Positions 9,574-21,011 of a DNA stretch of 64,000 bases are shown piece by piece. Each line of letters opens with the position of its first letter. Position 1 is the first letter of the stretch. A program made the position numbers and the translations under genes. The DNA comes from Deltaproteobacteria bacterium (GTDB lineage: Bacteria; Desulfobacterota; Syntrophia; Syntrophales; UBA2210), in assembly GCA_019313905.1 (NCBI GenBank), contig JAFDAI010000006.1, forward strand, positions 9,264-73,263, read 5' to 3'. The notes below the pieces were generated by a model. The model saw only the letters and a list, made by a program, of their open reading frames with translations. It ran no database searches and had not been told where the DNA came from.

Positions 9574-10104
9574 TTACTCGTTCTGAAGGTCAGCAGCTAA
9601 CTGTACAAGAACCGCAACCTGATCATCCGGCACACGACCACGCACGATGGCACGGCATACACCATCCTTGTCCAGAAGTATCGCGTTTGCGCTGTTTGTC
9701 TTGAGACCCCACGCATTCCTTAACGACGCGTCATAATCAAAAAGGATAACGGTCTTATATTTCTCTGCCTTTGCGGCGCCGAATGACTTAATAAGAAAAT
9801 CCGGCTTCCATGATGCCTTGCAATCGGCAATTCCTATCCCTTTATAAGTCGCATTTTTGAGAAGCCCGTCATCTTTTGCCTTTTTCATGGCCTCGGTGAA
9901 ATGCTCATTCATGTCTTTCTCATCCGGATCATTATAATTAACCAGAAGCACCTTACCTGCCCAGCTTTGCATCGTATACACCTTGCCGTCCGCGTCCGGG
10001 AATGACCAGTCCGAAGCCTTGTCTCCCACCTTTAAATCACCCGCGATCGCGCCTGAAACTGTCCATAACAACACCAGCAAAACTGTAAAAAATATCTTTT
10101 TCAT
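9574..10104 (-). CDS. secreted YtfJ-family / thioredoxin-fold protein without CxxC
   Basis: Signal peptide MKKIFFTVLLVLLWTVSGAIA. Overall layout (GKVLLVNY...ILLDKDG) resembles periplasmic YtfJ. No redox-active cysteine pair. Confidence 0.5.
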   Translation of the reverse strand: MKKIFFTVLLVLLWTVSGAIAGDLKVGDKASDWSFPDADGKVYTMQSWAGKVLLVNYNDPDEKDMNEHFTEAMKKAKDDGLLKNATYKGIGIADCKASWKPDFLIKSFGAAKAEKYKTVILFDYDASLRNAWGLKTNSANAILLDKDGVCRAIVRGRVPDDQVAVLVQLAADLQNE

Positions 10105-10139
10105 TTCAAACCCCCCTTTTAATTTGAAAGTATTGTGTG

Positions 10140-10168
10140 ACTATAGGGTAGCAAAGACTGCGTGTCAA
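10140..10168 (-). promoter_or_regulatory. sigma-70-type promoter for the YtfJ-like gene
   Basis: Minus strand reads TTGACA-N17-TATAGT (-35 at 10163-10168, -10 at 10140-10145), about 35 nt upstream of the ATG. Confidence 0.55.
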
Positions 10169-10252
10169 TGAAAATGAGACATCTCCGCCAATAATTTACT
10201 GTATCACAGAATCATTTCCTTCCAGTGATGGTTTATTAATCCAGACATCCTT

Positions 10253-10903
10253 CTAAGCCGTTCTTTTGATAATATAGATGCTGAGACGGTCTATTACGTC
10301 TTCGGCCTCATCTCCTATCTTTTCGATGAACCTCACGAAGTCGCGGAGATGCCTTTTGTGACTTAATCTCAAGCTCTCGTTTCTGAAGATGCGCTTCTGG
10401 AGCCTGGTAGACACGATATCTCCTTCAGTTTCCCAGAATATGACCTTGTGCATATGATTGCATGTCTCATCGATTTCCCGGAAAAAGGCCTTGCAGGACA
10501 GGACGGTAGATTCAACAGCGTTCACGCCGGAGACAATCAACTCTCTAAAGTCATCGTGAAATTCGGGCAGAATATCCGGATGCTCTATGTCAAACCTCCA
10601 TATGATGGACTTGTAGTGGTCAAGCAAAGCGTCCATATTTTCGAGAAGCTCCATTACGTCTCCGCGAGACTCAGGAACCAGCGTCTTTGTATATAAAAGA
10701 TGTTCAAGACTTCGACGCAGGGCGTCGCCCTGATGTTCGATGTCGCCCATTTTGTCCCGTTTCTTTTCAAAGGCTTCGAGATTGCCTTCAAAATAGTTGT
10801 CAGTGGCCTCACGGAAGAGCACTCCTGCCACACTGACATTGTCAAGGAAATTGCCGAATTGCCGCTCTGTTTCCTCGCTCGTTTTAAGTATACTGGATTT
10901 CAT
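10253..10903 (-). CDS. DUF47 (PhoU-like) phosphate-transport regulator family protein, copy 2
   Basis: 216-aa helical protein paralogous to 12487-13137. The C-terminal ~140 aa are roughly two-thirds identical by eye. Adjacent to pit. Confidence 0.75.
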   Translation of the reverse strand: MKSSILKTSEETERQFGNFLDNVSVAGVLFREATDNYFEGNLEAFEKKRDKMGDIEHQGDALRRSLEHLLYTKTLVPESRGDVMELLENMDALLDHYKSIIWRFDIEHPDILPEFHDDFRELIVSGVNAVESTVLSCKAFFREIDETCNHMHKVIFWETEGDIVSTRLQKRIFRNESLRLSHKRHLRDFVRFIEKIGDEAEDVIDRLSIYIIKRTA

Positions 10904-10996
10904 GACTTTTTGGTCCTCTTTGGGTTGAGGGAATAAATATTATGGAAAAACCTGTCGCCTCGCATATCCGCCGGGCCTTCGAAGTACCGGGAGAGA

Positions 10997-12475
10997 CTAT
11001 CTCATAAAAACTTCACGGGTACGGAACAGATTATGGATATAGGCGAACTTGCTTCTCAGAGTCCTGTTGAATAGCTTGTCGCCTTTCTTTATTCTCCACG
11101 ATGGAGATGCCCTGGAGATGGTCTTGTCCATCATCCATTTATGAATAAAAATCTGTCCGTCAAGTTTTTCCAGAGCCCTTAGCTGTTCTTCTGTAAGCCA
11201 CTCCGTATCCAGGGAACGGATACCAGCATCCGTTATTTCCATTTTATGATACTCAGTTGATTCCATAATAAAATTTAAGTCTTTATGCCTGATGTTTGTG
11301 CTTTCCTTCAGGGCATTGTTGAATCGAAGGGCTGAGGGGAATTTGTTGTCAAGCATGCCCTTGAGTTCATTTGTTGGTATGCCCTGATTCTCAATCCTTT
11401 CTATCGCCTCTGTGGAAACTATATACTCAACCGGTTTGTATGTCTGCTGCTGGAATACGTTCTGAAAAATGAAGAGAGAAATGAAACTTATCAGGGCGGC
11501 GAGGAGAGGCGTTACTACCCACCCGACGGAAATCCCACCCACAGTTTTCCATCTGATACCCTTTCCTCCCTTGAGGAGACCTATGCCGATAACCGCGCCG
11601 ACGATGGCCTGTGAACTGGAGACAGGAACCAGAGGAATAGAGGGGAGACCATGGTTTATCAGGAAACGCTCCAGGCCCTGGGAGGCGAAGAGAAAAAGAA
11701 CAATAGAATGGGCCCACACCGCCACAAACGCAGAAACGGGTGAAATTTTCATTATACCCGTTCCCACAGTCATCATGACACGCTTTGAATAGGTGATAAC
11801 CCCGATTGCTATGGCAATGCCTCCGATGAAGAAGAGCTGTTGCGCGGAGGTAAACGAAAAAATTCCCATAAAGGAGATGTCGCGGAATGGCGAGACGGGA
11901 ACAAATACACCCATAACGTTTGCAATATTATTTGCTCCGAGGGAGTAGGCCCCGAATATGCCGACGATTACCAAGCCGTATCGAATGAGAATATCGAGTT
12001 TGAACATCCGTACATTAAAAGTTTTAATGTAGATGACAACCAGCTTGTACAGTATAATGGAAAAAATTGCCGACAGAATCGGGCATGCAATCCAGCTGGA
12101 GACAATCTTTGTGAGAGAGGTGTAATCAATCAGGGAGCCGGTGAAAAGATTCCAGCCTATGATAGCCCCGACAATACCCTGAGAGGTCGATACGGGATAT
12201 CCCATGACGGTCATTATATAGACGCTTATTCCCGCGGCCAGGGCGACGATGAATGCACCGGCTATGGCATTCACGGTACCTAACTTTTCAAGAGTTCCGG
12301 AGGGGCCGGCACCACTAATAACCGCCCCGAGTACTAGAAAAATACCGCAGAGAATTGCGGCCTTTTTAAAGGATATCATTCGCGAGCCAACTGCGGTTCC
12401 GAAAACATTGGCGGCGTCGTTGGCCCCTAATGACCACCCTAGAAACAATCCGCTCGAGAGGAAAAAAAGAAACAT
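10997..12475 (-). CDS. pit: inorganic phosphate transporter, PiT (PHO4) family, with a ~150-aa soluble C-terminal extension
   Basis: GANDAANVFGT near the N-terminus and a second GANNIANVMG repeat. After the last TM (...FIFQNVF) comes a hydrophilic tail not typical of PiT. Confidence 0.8.
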   Translation of the reverse strand: MFLFFLSSGLFLGWSLGANDAANVFGTAVGSRMISFKKAAILCGIFLVLGAVISGAGPSGTLEKLGTVNAIAGAFIVALAAGISVYIMTVMGYPVSTSQGIVGAIIGWNLFTGSLIDYTSLTKIVSSWIACPILSAIFSIILYKLVVIYIKTFNVRMFKLDILIRYGLVIVGIFGAYSLGANNIANVMGVFVPVSPFRDISFMGIFSFTSAQQLFFIGGIAIAIGVITYSKRVMMTVGTGIMKISPVSAFVAVWAHSIVLFLFASQGLERFLINHGLPSIPLVPVSSSQAIVGAVIGIGLLKGGKGIRWKTVGGISVGWVVTPLLAALISFISLFIFQNVFQQQTYKPVEYIVSTEAIERIENQGIPTNELKGMLDNKFPSALRFNNALKESTNIRHKDLNFIMESTEYHKMEITDAGIRSLDTEWLTEEQLRALEKLDGQIFIHKWMMDKTISRASPSWRIKKGDKLFNRTLRSKFAYIHNLFRTREVFMR

Positions 12476-12486
12476 TATTATTGCTC

Positions 12487-13137
12487 CTATAACGCCCGTT
12501 TGATGATATAGATACTGAGCCGGTCTATTACGTCTTCGGCTTCATCGGCTATTTTTTCCATAAATCTGACGAAATCGCGAATATGTCGCTTGTGACTCAA
12601 TCGCAGGTCTTCGTGTCTGAAAATGGCACGCTGGAGGCGCGTCGAAACGACGTCGGATTTCTTTTCCCAATAGATTACCTTATCCATGTGGGCCGAGGCC
12701 GTATCGATATTTCTGAAAAAGGCCCTGCACGCGCAGACCGTGGATTCTACCGCCTCTACGCCATAGTCCACCAGTTCCTTGAAGTCCTCATGGAATTCAT
12801 CGCAGATCTGGGGCCTCTCGATGTCGATTCTCCACATTGCGCCCTTGTAATGATCCAGGAGTGTGTCCATGTTTTCGATGAGTTCCAGCACATCGCCCCT
12901 TGATTCGGGAATGAGCGTTTTCGTGTAGAGCATGCGCTCAAGTTCACGACGAAGGACATCGCCCTGTCGCTCGCTTTCATGGAGCCTGTCTCTCTTATGC
13001 TCGAAGGTTTCCAGATCGCCCTTCAGATAATCGACGATGGCACCCTTGAAAATCAGTCCCGCCTCGCTTATCCTGTTCAGAAATTCGTCGAGCTGTGTCT
13101 CTATTCCGGGTTTCCTTTTAAAGATGTCAAATTCCAT
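12487..13137 (-). CDS. DUF47 (PhoU-like) phosphate-transport regulator family protein, copy 1
   Basis: 216-aa ORF immediately upstream of pit (11-nt gap), the usual DUF47-PiT pair. Confidence 0.75.
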   Translation of the reverse strand: MEFDIFKRKPGIETQLDEFLNRISEAGLIFKGAIVDYLKGDLETFEHKRDRLHESERQGDVLRRELERMLYTKTLIPESRGDVLELIENMDTLLDHYKGAMWRIDIERPQICDEFHEDFKELVDYGVEAVESTVCACRAFFRNIDTASAHMDKVIYWEKKSDVVSTRLQRAIFRHEDLRLSHKRHIRDFVRFMEKIADEAEDVIDRLSIYIIKRAL

Positions 13138-13217
13138 TTTATCGTATCCTCATAGATTAATAGGTTCAAAATAGGGGAATGAATGCTATGTGTTAGTAGG
13201 TTCTACGCAGGCCTGCC

Positions 13218-15855
<2,638 letters not shown>

Positions 15856-15983
15856 TATCGAACTCTCAACAATAGATTTCAGGAAGATATTAGCTATACA
15901 CTGGTAAAATGTCAAACCAAAAGCTGTAAAATAACACTTGTCTTTTTATTATAGATATAATAGAAAATTCGCTATTGATGATT

Positions 15984-16466
15984 ATGAAAATAGGCGTTAT
16001 TTCCGACACTCATCTTAATGTTTCCGACGACAGACTTGAAAAGATCGTAGAGGATTATTTTCGTGATGTTGACTTAATCCTGCATGCGGGAGATATAATT
16101 GAGTTGGATGTCCTCAATGTTTTCAAAGGCATAGACGTGTACGCCGTTAGTGGAAATATGGATCGCGATTCGGTTAGGGAAGTGTTTCCCGAAAAACAGA
16201 TATTGGAGATCGAAGGGCGAAAAATAGGCTTGATACATGGCTGGGGGTCTCCATTTGGTTTGGAAGATAAGATAATGCAGGAATTTGAGAATGTTGAGTG
16301 CATAGTGTATGGTCATACACACCGGGTCATGAACGAGACGAGAAACGGTGTGCTGCTCTTCAATCCCGGATCACCTACAGATCGGAAATTTACCAGACAC
16401 AATTCAGTAGGGATACTGGATGTCGGAGAAGGGATAACCGGAAGGATTATATATCTGGAAGATTAG
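15984..16466 (+). CDS. YfcE/MJ0936-family metallophosphoesterase
   Basis: MKIGVISDTHL...HAGD...GNMD...GHTH motif series. Confidence 0.8.
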   Translation: MKIGVISDTHLNVSDDRLEKIVEDYFRDVDLILHAGDIIELDVLNVFKGIDVYAVSGNMDRDSVREVFPEKQILEIEGRKIGLIHGWGSPFGLEDKIMQEFENVECIVYGHTHRVMNETRNGVLLFNPGSPTDRKFTRHNSVGILDVGEGITGRIIYLED

Positions 16467-16648
16467 GGTCTGTCATGAAATAAGTGTTGCAGTTAGGCGC
16501 TCAGATTTAGGTTAGGTTTAGTCGATACGAGTGAGTAAAACCGTAAGAATAGCAGGGCTCTTTTGAGGATTTTGCGATTGAGAATCGGCTAAAAATGGCC
16601 TGAAGATGAGATGCATAAATGTGATACTTATTTCATGACAGACCCTTA
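16463..16648. mobile_element. MITE-like non-autonomous element with terminal inverted repeats and TTA flanks
   Basis: GGGTCTGTCATGAAATAAGT at 16466-16485 is the perfect reverse complement of 16626-16645 (21 bp if the adjacent A/T is included). 140-nt non-coding interior. TTA lies on both flanks (16463-16465, 16646-16648). Confidence 0.6.
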
Positions 16649-16665
16649 GGACAGGATATCGATTA

Positions 16666-17148
16666 ATGGATAACATAATGGCTCCCGGGAGGATGGAGTA
16701 TATTAAGGGTATAAAGCCGGATGGGTGTATCTTTTGCCGAGGATCTGCCAGGGAAGAAGATCTTGTATTGTACGAGGAGAAATCCTGTTATGTCATGATG
16801 AATAAATATCCCTATTCTTCCGGACATCTGCTGGTAATTCCTTTCAGGCATATATGTGCTATAGAAGAAACGAACGCCGAAGAAAAGCTGGAAATGATGG
16901 AACTCACCGACATGTGCGTGAGAATCCTGAAAAAAGCGCTTGATCCGGAAGGTTTCAATATAGGGATGAATCTCGGAAAGGTAGCAGGTGCCGGTGTTGA
17001 TGATCATCTGCATATACACATTGTTCCCAGGTGGCTGGGTGACACCAATTTCGCTACGGTACTGGGAGAAGTCAGGGTCATTCCAGAGGATATTGCAAAG
17101 ACCTGGAATACTTTATTACCTTATTTCATAGGAAGAGAGGAGACGTAG
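16666..17148 (+). CDS. HIT-family nucleotide hydrolase/transferase
   Basis: Histidine-triad DDHLHIHIVPR, plus the upstream MNKYPYSSGHLLV motif. Confidence 0.85.
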   Translation: MDNIMAPGRMEYIKGIKPDGCIFCRGSAREEDLVLYEEKSCYVMMNKYPYSSGHLLVIPFRHICAIEETNAEEKLEMMELTDMCVRILKKALDPEGFNIGMNLGKVAGAGVDDHLHIHIVPRWLGDTNFATVLGEVRVIPEDIAKTWNTLLPYFIGREET

Positions 17149-17149
17149 A

Positions 17150-17473
17150 ATGAAGCTTCTTTATACAATCATTATAACGTTAGTTATGCTGTTTATCATT
17201 ACCTTTTCGCTGGTAAATACCAGCCCTGTTCAGCTCAAATATTATGGCTTTATAGACGTTAGCATGGCTGCTTATATGCTGATCTTCATATCTTTTGGCG
17301 TGGGTATAATATTCGCCGGCTTTATGGGAATAGTGGAGAGGCTGAGACTTTCCGGGGAAGTTAAAAAGCTGAAAAAAAAGATTAAGGCGCTGGAGAAAAA
17401 AATACCGATCGAGAGCATACCTGCTGTTCAGGAGACCAAAGCTGAAGAGACGACAGGCAGGTGGAATTCATAA
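17150..17473 (+). CDS. LapA-domain (DUF1049) small membrane protein
   Basis: Two TM helices followed by a charged coiled tail (KKLKKKIKALEKK). Confidence 0.55.
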   Translation: MKLLYTIIITLVMLFIITFSLVNTSPVQLKYYGFIDVSMAAYMLIFISFGVGIIFAGFMGIVERLRLSGEVKKLKKKIKALEKKIPIESIPAVQETKAEETTGRWNS

Positions 17474-17487
17474 GAGGATCAGGGGAA

Positions 17488-17988
17488 TTACCCGCCGCAG
17501 TCCGACGTGTCCCCCTTTAGCTTTTCTATTGTGTGTTTCAGAGCCGGTAGAAGAACTGCCAGGTTTTCCCTGGCGCCTCTCGGGCTTCCTGGTAAATTGA
17601 CGATCAGAGATTGTCCTCTTATTCCTGCCACGGCCCTTGATATCATCGCGTGAGGTGTTTTGTCCATGCTTTCCCTCCGCATGGCTTCTCCCATACCGGG
17701 GAGTTCTTTTTCTATTACTTCCAAGGTCGCATCGGGTGTAACGTCCCGCGGACTTACGCCGGTTCCGCCGGTTGTTATAACCAGATCCAGATTTTTTTTA
17801 TCGGTATACTCTACTATCCTGTCTTTTATGATTTTTTTTTCATCGGGGATTATTTCGTAATCGGTAATCTGGATACCGATACCACCCAGCATGCGAATAA
17901 CCTCCCTGCCACTGATATCTTCCCTCTCACCGCGGGAACCCCTGTCACTTACTGTTATGACTCCACCAGTAATCATATAGATGTCCAT
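17488..17988 (-). CDS. mog: MogA/MoaB-family molybdenum cofactor biosynthesis protein
   Basis: ITVSDRGSRGEREDISG...LVITTGGTGVSPRD...LPGSP motifs. Confidence 0.85.
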   Translation of the reverse strand: MDIYMITGGVITVSDRGSRGEREDISGREVIRMLGGIGIQITDYEIIPDEKKIIKDRIVEYTDKKNLDLVITTGGTGVSPRDVTPDATLEVIEKELPGMGEAMRRESMDKTPHAMISRAVAGIRGQSLIVNLPGSPRGARENLAVLLPALKHTIEKLKGDTSDCGG

Positions 17989-18007
17989 CTCGTAACTGCT
18001 CAGGTTC

Positions 18008-18035
18008 AGGGTTCAAGACTGACCCCTTGAACCCT
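18008..18035. repeat. 10-bp perfect hairpin embedded in TTCAAG/TTCGAG short repeats
   Basis: AGGGTTCAAG (18008-18017) and CTTGAACCCT (18026-18035) with an 8-nt loop. No U-tract on either strand. Confidence 0.5.
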
Positions 18036-18055
18036 TGAATCCTCGAATCCTTCTC

Positions 18056-20134
18056 TTAAGACTCTTCCTTTTTCGATTCGGCGATGACCTTTTCCTGTAA
18101 GTGCGCGGGGAGTTCTTCGTAGTGAGAGATCTCGTAAGAGAAAGTGCCTCTGCCGCTGGTAATCGACGTAAGATCAGGCGCGTATGAAAGAATTTCAGCC
18201 AGTGGAACCTGTCCTTTGATGACCTGGTTCGATCCCTCTTTATCCATACCCAGCACACGTCCCCGTCTGCTGTTGAGATCGCCGATTACATCTCCCATAT
18301 ATTCATCGGGCATTTCAATGCTGATGTCGGCTATCGGCTCCAGGAGCGTTGGTTGACACTCCTGAACTCCCTTCTTAAAGCCCATGGAACCCGCTATCTT
18401 AAAGGCCATTTCGGATGAATCCACGGTATGGTACGAGCCATCGACAAGGGAGACTTTGATATCGACAATAGGATAGCCGGCCAGAAGACCTTCAGCCATT
18501 GCCTCTACAATGCCTTTTTCCACTGCCGGTATGTATGTTTTCGGTATGACTCCGCCTACAATCTTATCGACAAACTCAAACCCGCTGCCCTTAGGAAGGG
18601 ATTCTATTTCGAGCCAGGTATCACCGTACTGTCCTTTGCCCCCTGATTGTTTTTTATATTTGCCCTGGATTCTTGTTTTGCCCTTGATGGTTTCCCTGTA
18701 CGGAACCTTCGGTTGTCGAAGATTTACGTCAACACCAAATTTTCTCTTGAGCTTTTCCAAGGTTACATCGATGTGTACCTGCCCGACACCGGAAAGGATG
18801 GTTTCTCCTGTCTGGGGGTTTCTATGGATCGAGAGTGTTTGATCTTCGTCGATCAGCCTGTTCAGGGACGAATGTATCTTTTCCTCATCACCTTTGGACT
18901 TGGGTTTTACCGCGTAGTGAACGATCGGATTTATCAAAGGAACCTTATCATAGACAATAGGCGCTTTTGGATCACATATGGTATCGCCGGTGGACGTCTC
19001 TTTTAGTTTAGCAAGAGAGGCAATATCCCCGGGAATTAATGATTCCACCGGAACCTGAGTTTTTCCCTCCAGGTAGAAAATATTTCCGCATTTCTCACTA
19101 AGATCCTTTGATGCGTTATAAAAAACAAAATCCGACGTTAATGTTCCTGAAAATACCCTGAACAGTGTAAGCTTTCCCGCATATGGGTCGGCGATCGTTT
19201 TGAATACCATTGCCGAAAAGGGTGCATTTTCATCCGGTGTTCTTTCATTCTTTTCCTCTGTATTCGGTTCTTTGCCTGTGATAGCCCCTTGATCTATGGG
19301 GGAAGGGAGAGAGGTTACAATAATATCCATAAGAGGGACAATTCCTGTGTTATTCAGAGCCGATCCACATATAACAGGGATCAAGTCTCCTGAGATTACT
19401 CCCTTTCGGAGTCCATTTTGAATGTCGTCGATAGAAAGGTCTCCCTCCTCCAGGTATTTATCCATTAAGACCTCATCACATTCGGCTATATCTTCCACCA
19501 TAGTTTCCCGGTATGCCCTGGCATCTTTTACGAGGTCTTCAGGAATATCTTCTTTCCTGGATTTTCCCTTGGGATCATCAAAGATAAGTGCCTTCATGTT
19601 CATAAGGTCTATCAGACCTTTAAAGGATTCTTCGGAACCTATCGGAAGATAGCAAACAGTTACTTTCTTGCCGAATTTAGTATTTATATCGTTCAATGTT
19701 TTGGAAAAATCGGCACGCTCCCTGTCCATCCTGCTGATATATATCATACGTGGAAGCGATAGCTCGTCAGCGTATCTCCATACCCTTTCCGTCTGGAATT
19801 CGACCCCGCCCACGGCATCCACTACGACTATCACGCTGTCGGTGATGCGCAGACTGTATTTGGTGTCCATGAGAAAATTGGAATCGCCGGGAGTATCAAT
19901 AATGTTTATCTTGCATTTCTTCCATTCAAAAAAGTTTATTGCCGAGCCAATGGAAATATGTCTTTTCTGCTCTTCCGGTTCAAAATCCAGGGAAGAACTT
20001 CCATCGTCGACCCGCCCAAGCTTGTCGGATTTTCCGCTTAGAAACAGGAAAGATTCGCAGAGGGAGGTCTTCCCCGTTCCTCCATGTCCAGCGATTGCAA
20101 TATTCCTGAGTGAATTAGAATCGTATTTTGCCAT
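18056..20134 (-). CDS. elongation factor G paralog (EF-G-like GTPase) with degenerate G4 motif
   Basis: 692 aa with full five-domain EF-G length. P-loop GHGGTGKTS and DTPG are present. The NKxD position reads SRMD. Not in an rpsL-rpsG-fusA-tuf context. Confidence 0.8.
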   Translation of the reverse strand: MAKYDSNSLRNIAIAGHGGTGKTSLCESFLFLSGKSDKLGRVDDGSSSLDFEPEEQKRHISIGSAINFFEWKKCKINIIDTPGDSNFLMDTKYSLRITDSVIVVVDAVGGVEFQTERVWRYADELSLPRMIYISRMDRERADFSKTLNDINTKFGKKVTVCYLPIGSEESFKGLIDLMNMKALIFDDPKGKSRKEDIPEDLVKDARAYRETMVEDIAECDEVLMDKYLEEGDLSIDDIQNGLRKGVISGDLIPVICGSALNNTGIVPLMDIIVTSLPSPIDQGAITGKEPNTEEKNERTPDENAPFSAMVFKTIADPYAGKLTLFRVFSGTLTSDFVFYNASKDLSEKCGNIFYLEGKTQVPVESLIPGDIASLAKLKETSTGDTICDPKAPIVYDKVPLINPIVHYAVKPKSKGDEEKIHSSLNRLIDEDQTLSIHRNPQTGETILSGVGQVHIDVTLEKLKRKFGVDVNLRQPKVPYRETIKGKTRIQGKYKKQSGGKGQYGDTWLEIESLPKGSGFEFVDKIVGGVIPKTYIPAVEKGIVEAMAEGLLAGYPIVDIKVSLVDGSYHTVDSSEMAFKIAGSMGFKKGVQECQPTLLEPIADISIEMPDEYMGDVIGDLNSRRGRVLGMDKEGSNQVIKGQVPLAEILSYAPDLTSITSGRGTFSYEISHYEELPAHLQEKVIAESKKEES

Positions 20135-20248
20135 GATGCTCCCTTCCTTGTAGTTGTTGGTGGTGTTATAACCGAATTTGCTTAGCCCATTCCATCTTGC
20201 AAAGTCAAGACAAATTTCTACATTCAGCGAGTTTCTTGGAGGATTTGA

Positions 20249-20277
20249 TTGACCGCAATACAGGATTGTGATATATA
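20249..20277 (+). promoter_or_regulatory. sigma-70-type promoter with extended -10 for carD
   Basis: TTGACC (20249-20254), N17, TATATA (20272-20277), with TG at 20269-20270. About 54 nt upstream of the ATG. Confidence 0.5.
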
Positions 20278-20330
20278 TACTTTTTTATGAATATAGATTG
20301 ATTCAGATCGAGAGAGGTGTGTGGAAAGAG

Positions 20331-20813
20331 ATGTTTAATGTGGGAGATATGGCTGTTTATCCAGCACATGGAGTAGGCGTTATTGAGGCTATAGAAACCA
20401 GAAACGTTATGGGAAGCGAACAAGCCTTCTACGTAATGAAGATATTGGGTAATAATGCGACTATCATGATACCTAGGAATGGCGCTGAATTTGTTGGTCT
20501 CAGGGAAGTAATTTCAGAAGAAGAGATACCCATGGTCTATAAGATATTAAAAGAGAAGAATGTGGTGGTAGACAAGCAGACATGGAATAAGAGATATAAG
20601 GAGTACTGGGAAAAGATAAAAACAGGATCTGTTTATGAAATAGCGGGGGTATTGCGCGATCTTTTTACGTTAAAGGTTGACAAGGATCTGTCATTTGGCG
20701 AGAGGAAGATGATGGACACCGCGAAAAGTCTGTTGATAAGAGAAATATCGATAGCCGGCGACTGCGATGAAGCAGAAGTAGAAGAAAACCTTAAAGTAAT
20801 ATTTACGATATAA
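20331..20813 (+). CDS. carD: CarD/CdnL-family RNA polymerase-binding transcription regulator
   Basis: MFNVGDMAVYPAHGVGVIEAIE is the CarD_TRCF N-terminal signature. The track's upstream start (20268) only adds junk residues. Confidence 0.85.
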   Translation: MFNVGDMAVYPAHGVGVIEAIETRNVMGSEQAFYVMKILGNNATIMIPRNGAEFVGLREVISEEEIPMVYKILKEKNVVVDKQTWNKRYKEYWEKIKTGSVYEIAGVLRDLFTLKVDKDLSFGERKMMDTAKSLLIREISIAGDCDEAEVEENLKVIFTI

Positions 20814-21011
20814 TATCTTATGTTTTGTTCTTTGAAATAATGATAAGTTCTTGAATATTGATGATATCATATAAGCACTTGACTTTTTGCTGTTTTGTCA
20901 TTTTTCTGGAAGCAAAAATCAGGTGTTGTCAGTTAGTTGTATAAAGTTACGATCATAATATATATTTCATATTATCTTTTTTACGGGTCCATCAGCATTA
21001 GGAGGTGAAAT

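Noticed and set aside
13141-13169. TTGAAC-N17-TACGAT promoter-like match upstream of the DUF47-pit operon
   Set aside because: The putative -10 box ends only 4 nt from the ATG and overlaps the GAGGA ribosome-binding site. Transcription would therefore start inside the coding sequence.
16519-16532. 14-mer TTAGTCGATACGAG shared between the MITE interior and 48792-48805
   Set aside because: By rough expectation, a 64-kb window compared with itself on both strands should give several chance 14-mer matches. The similarity does not extend beyond the 14-mer.
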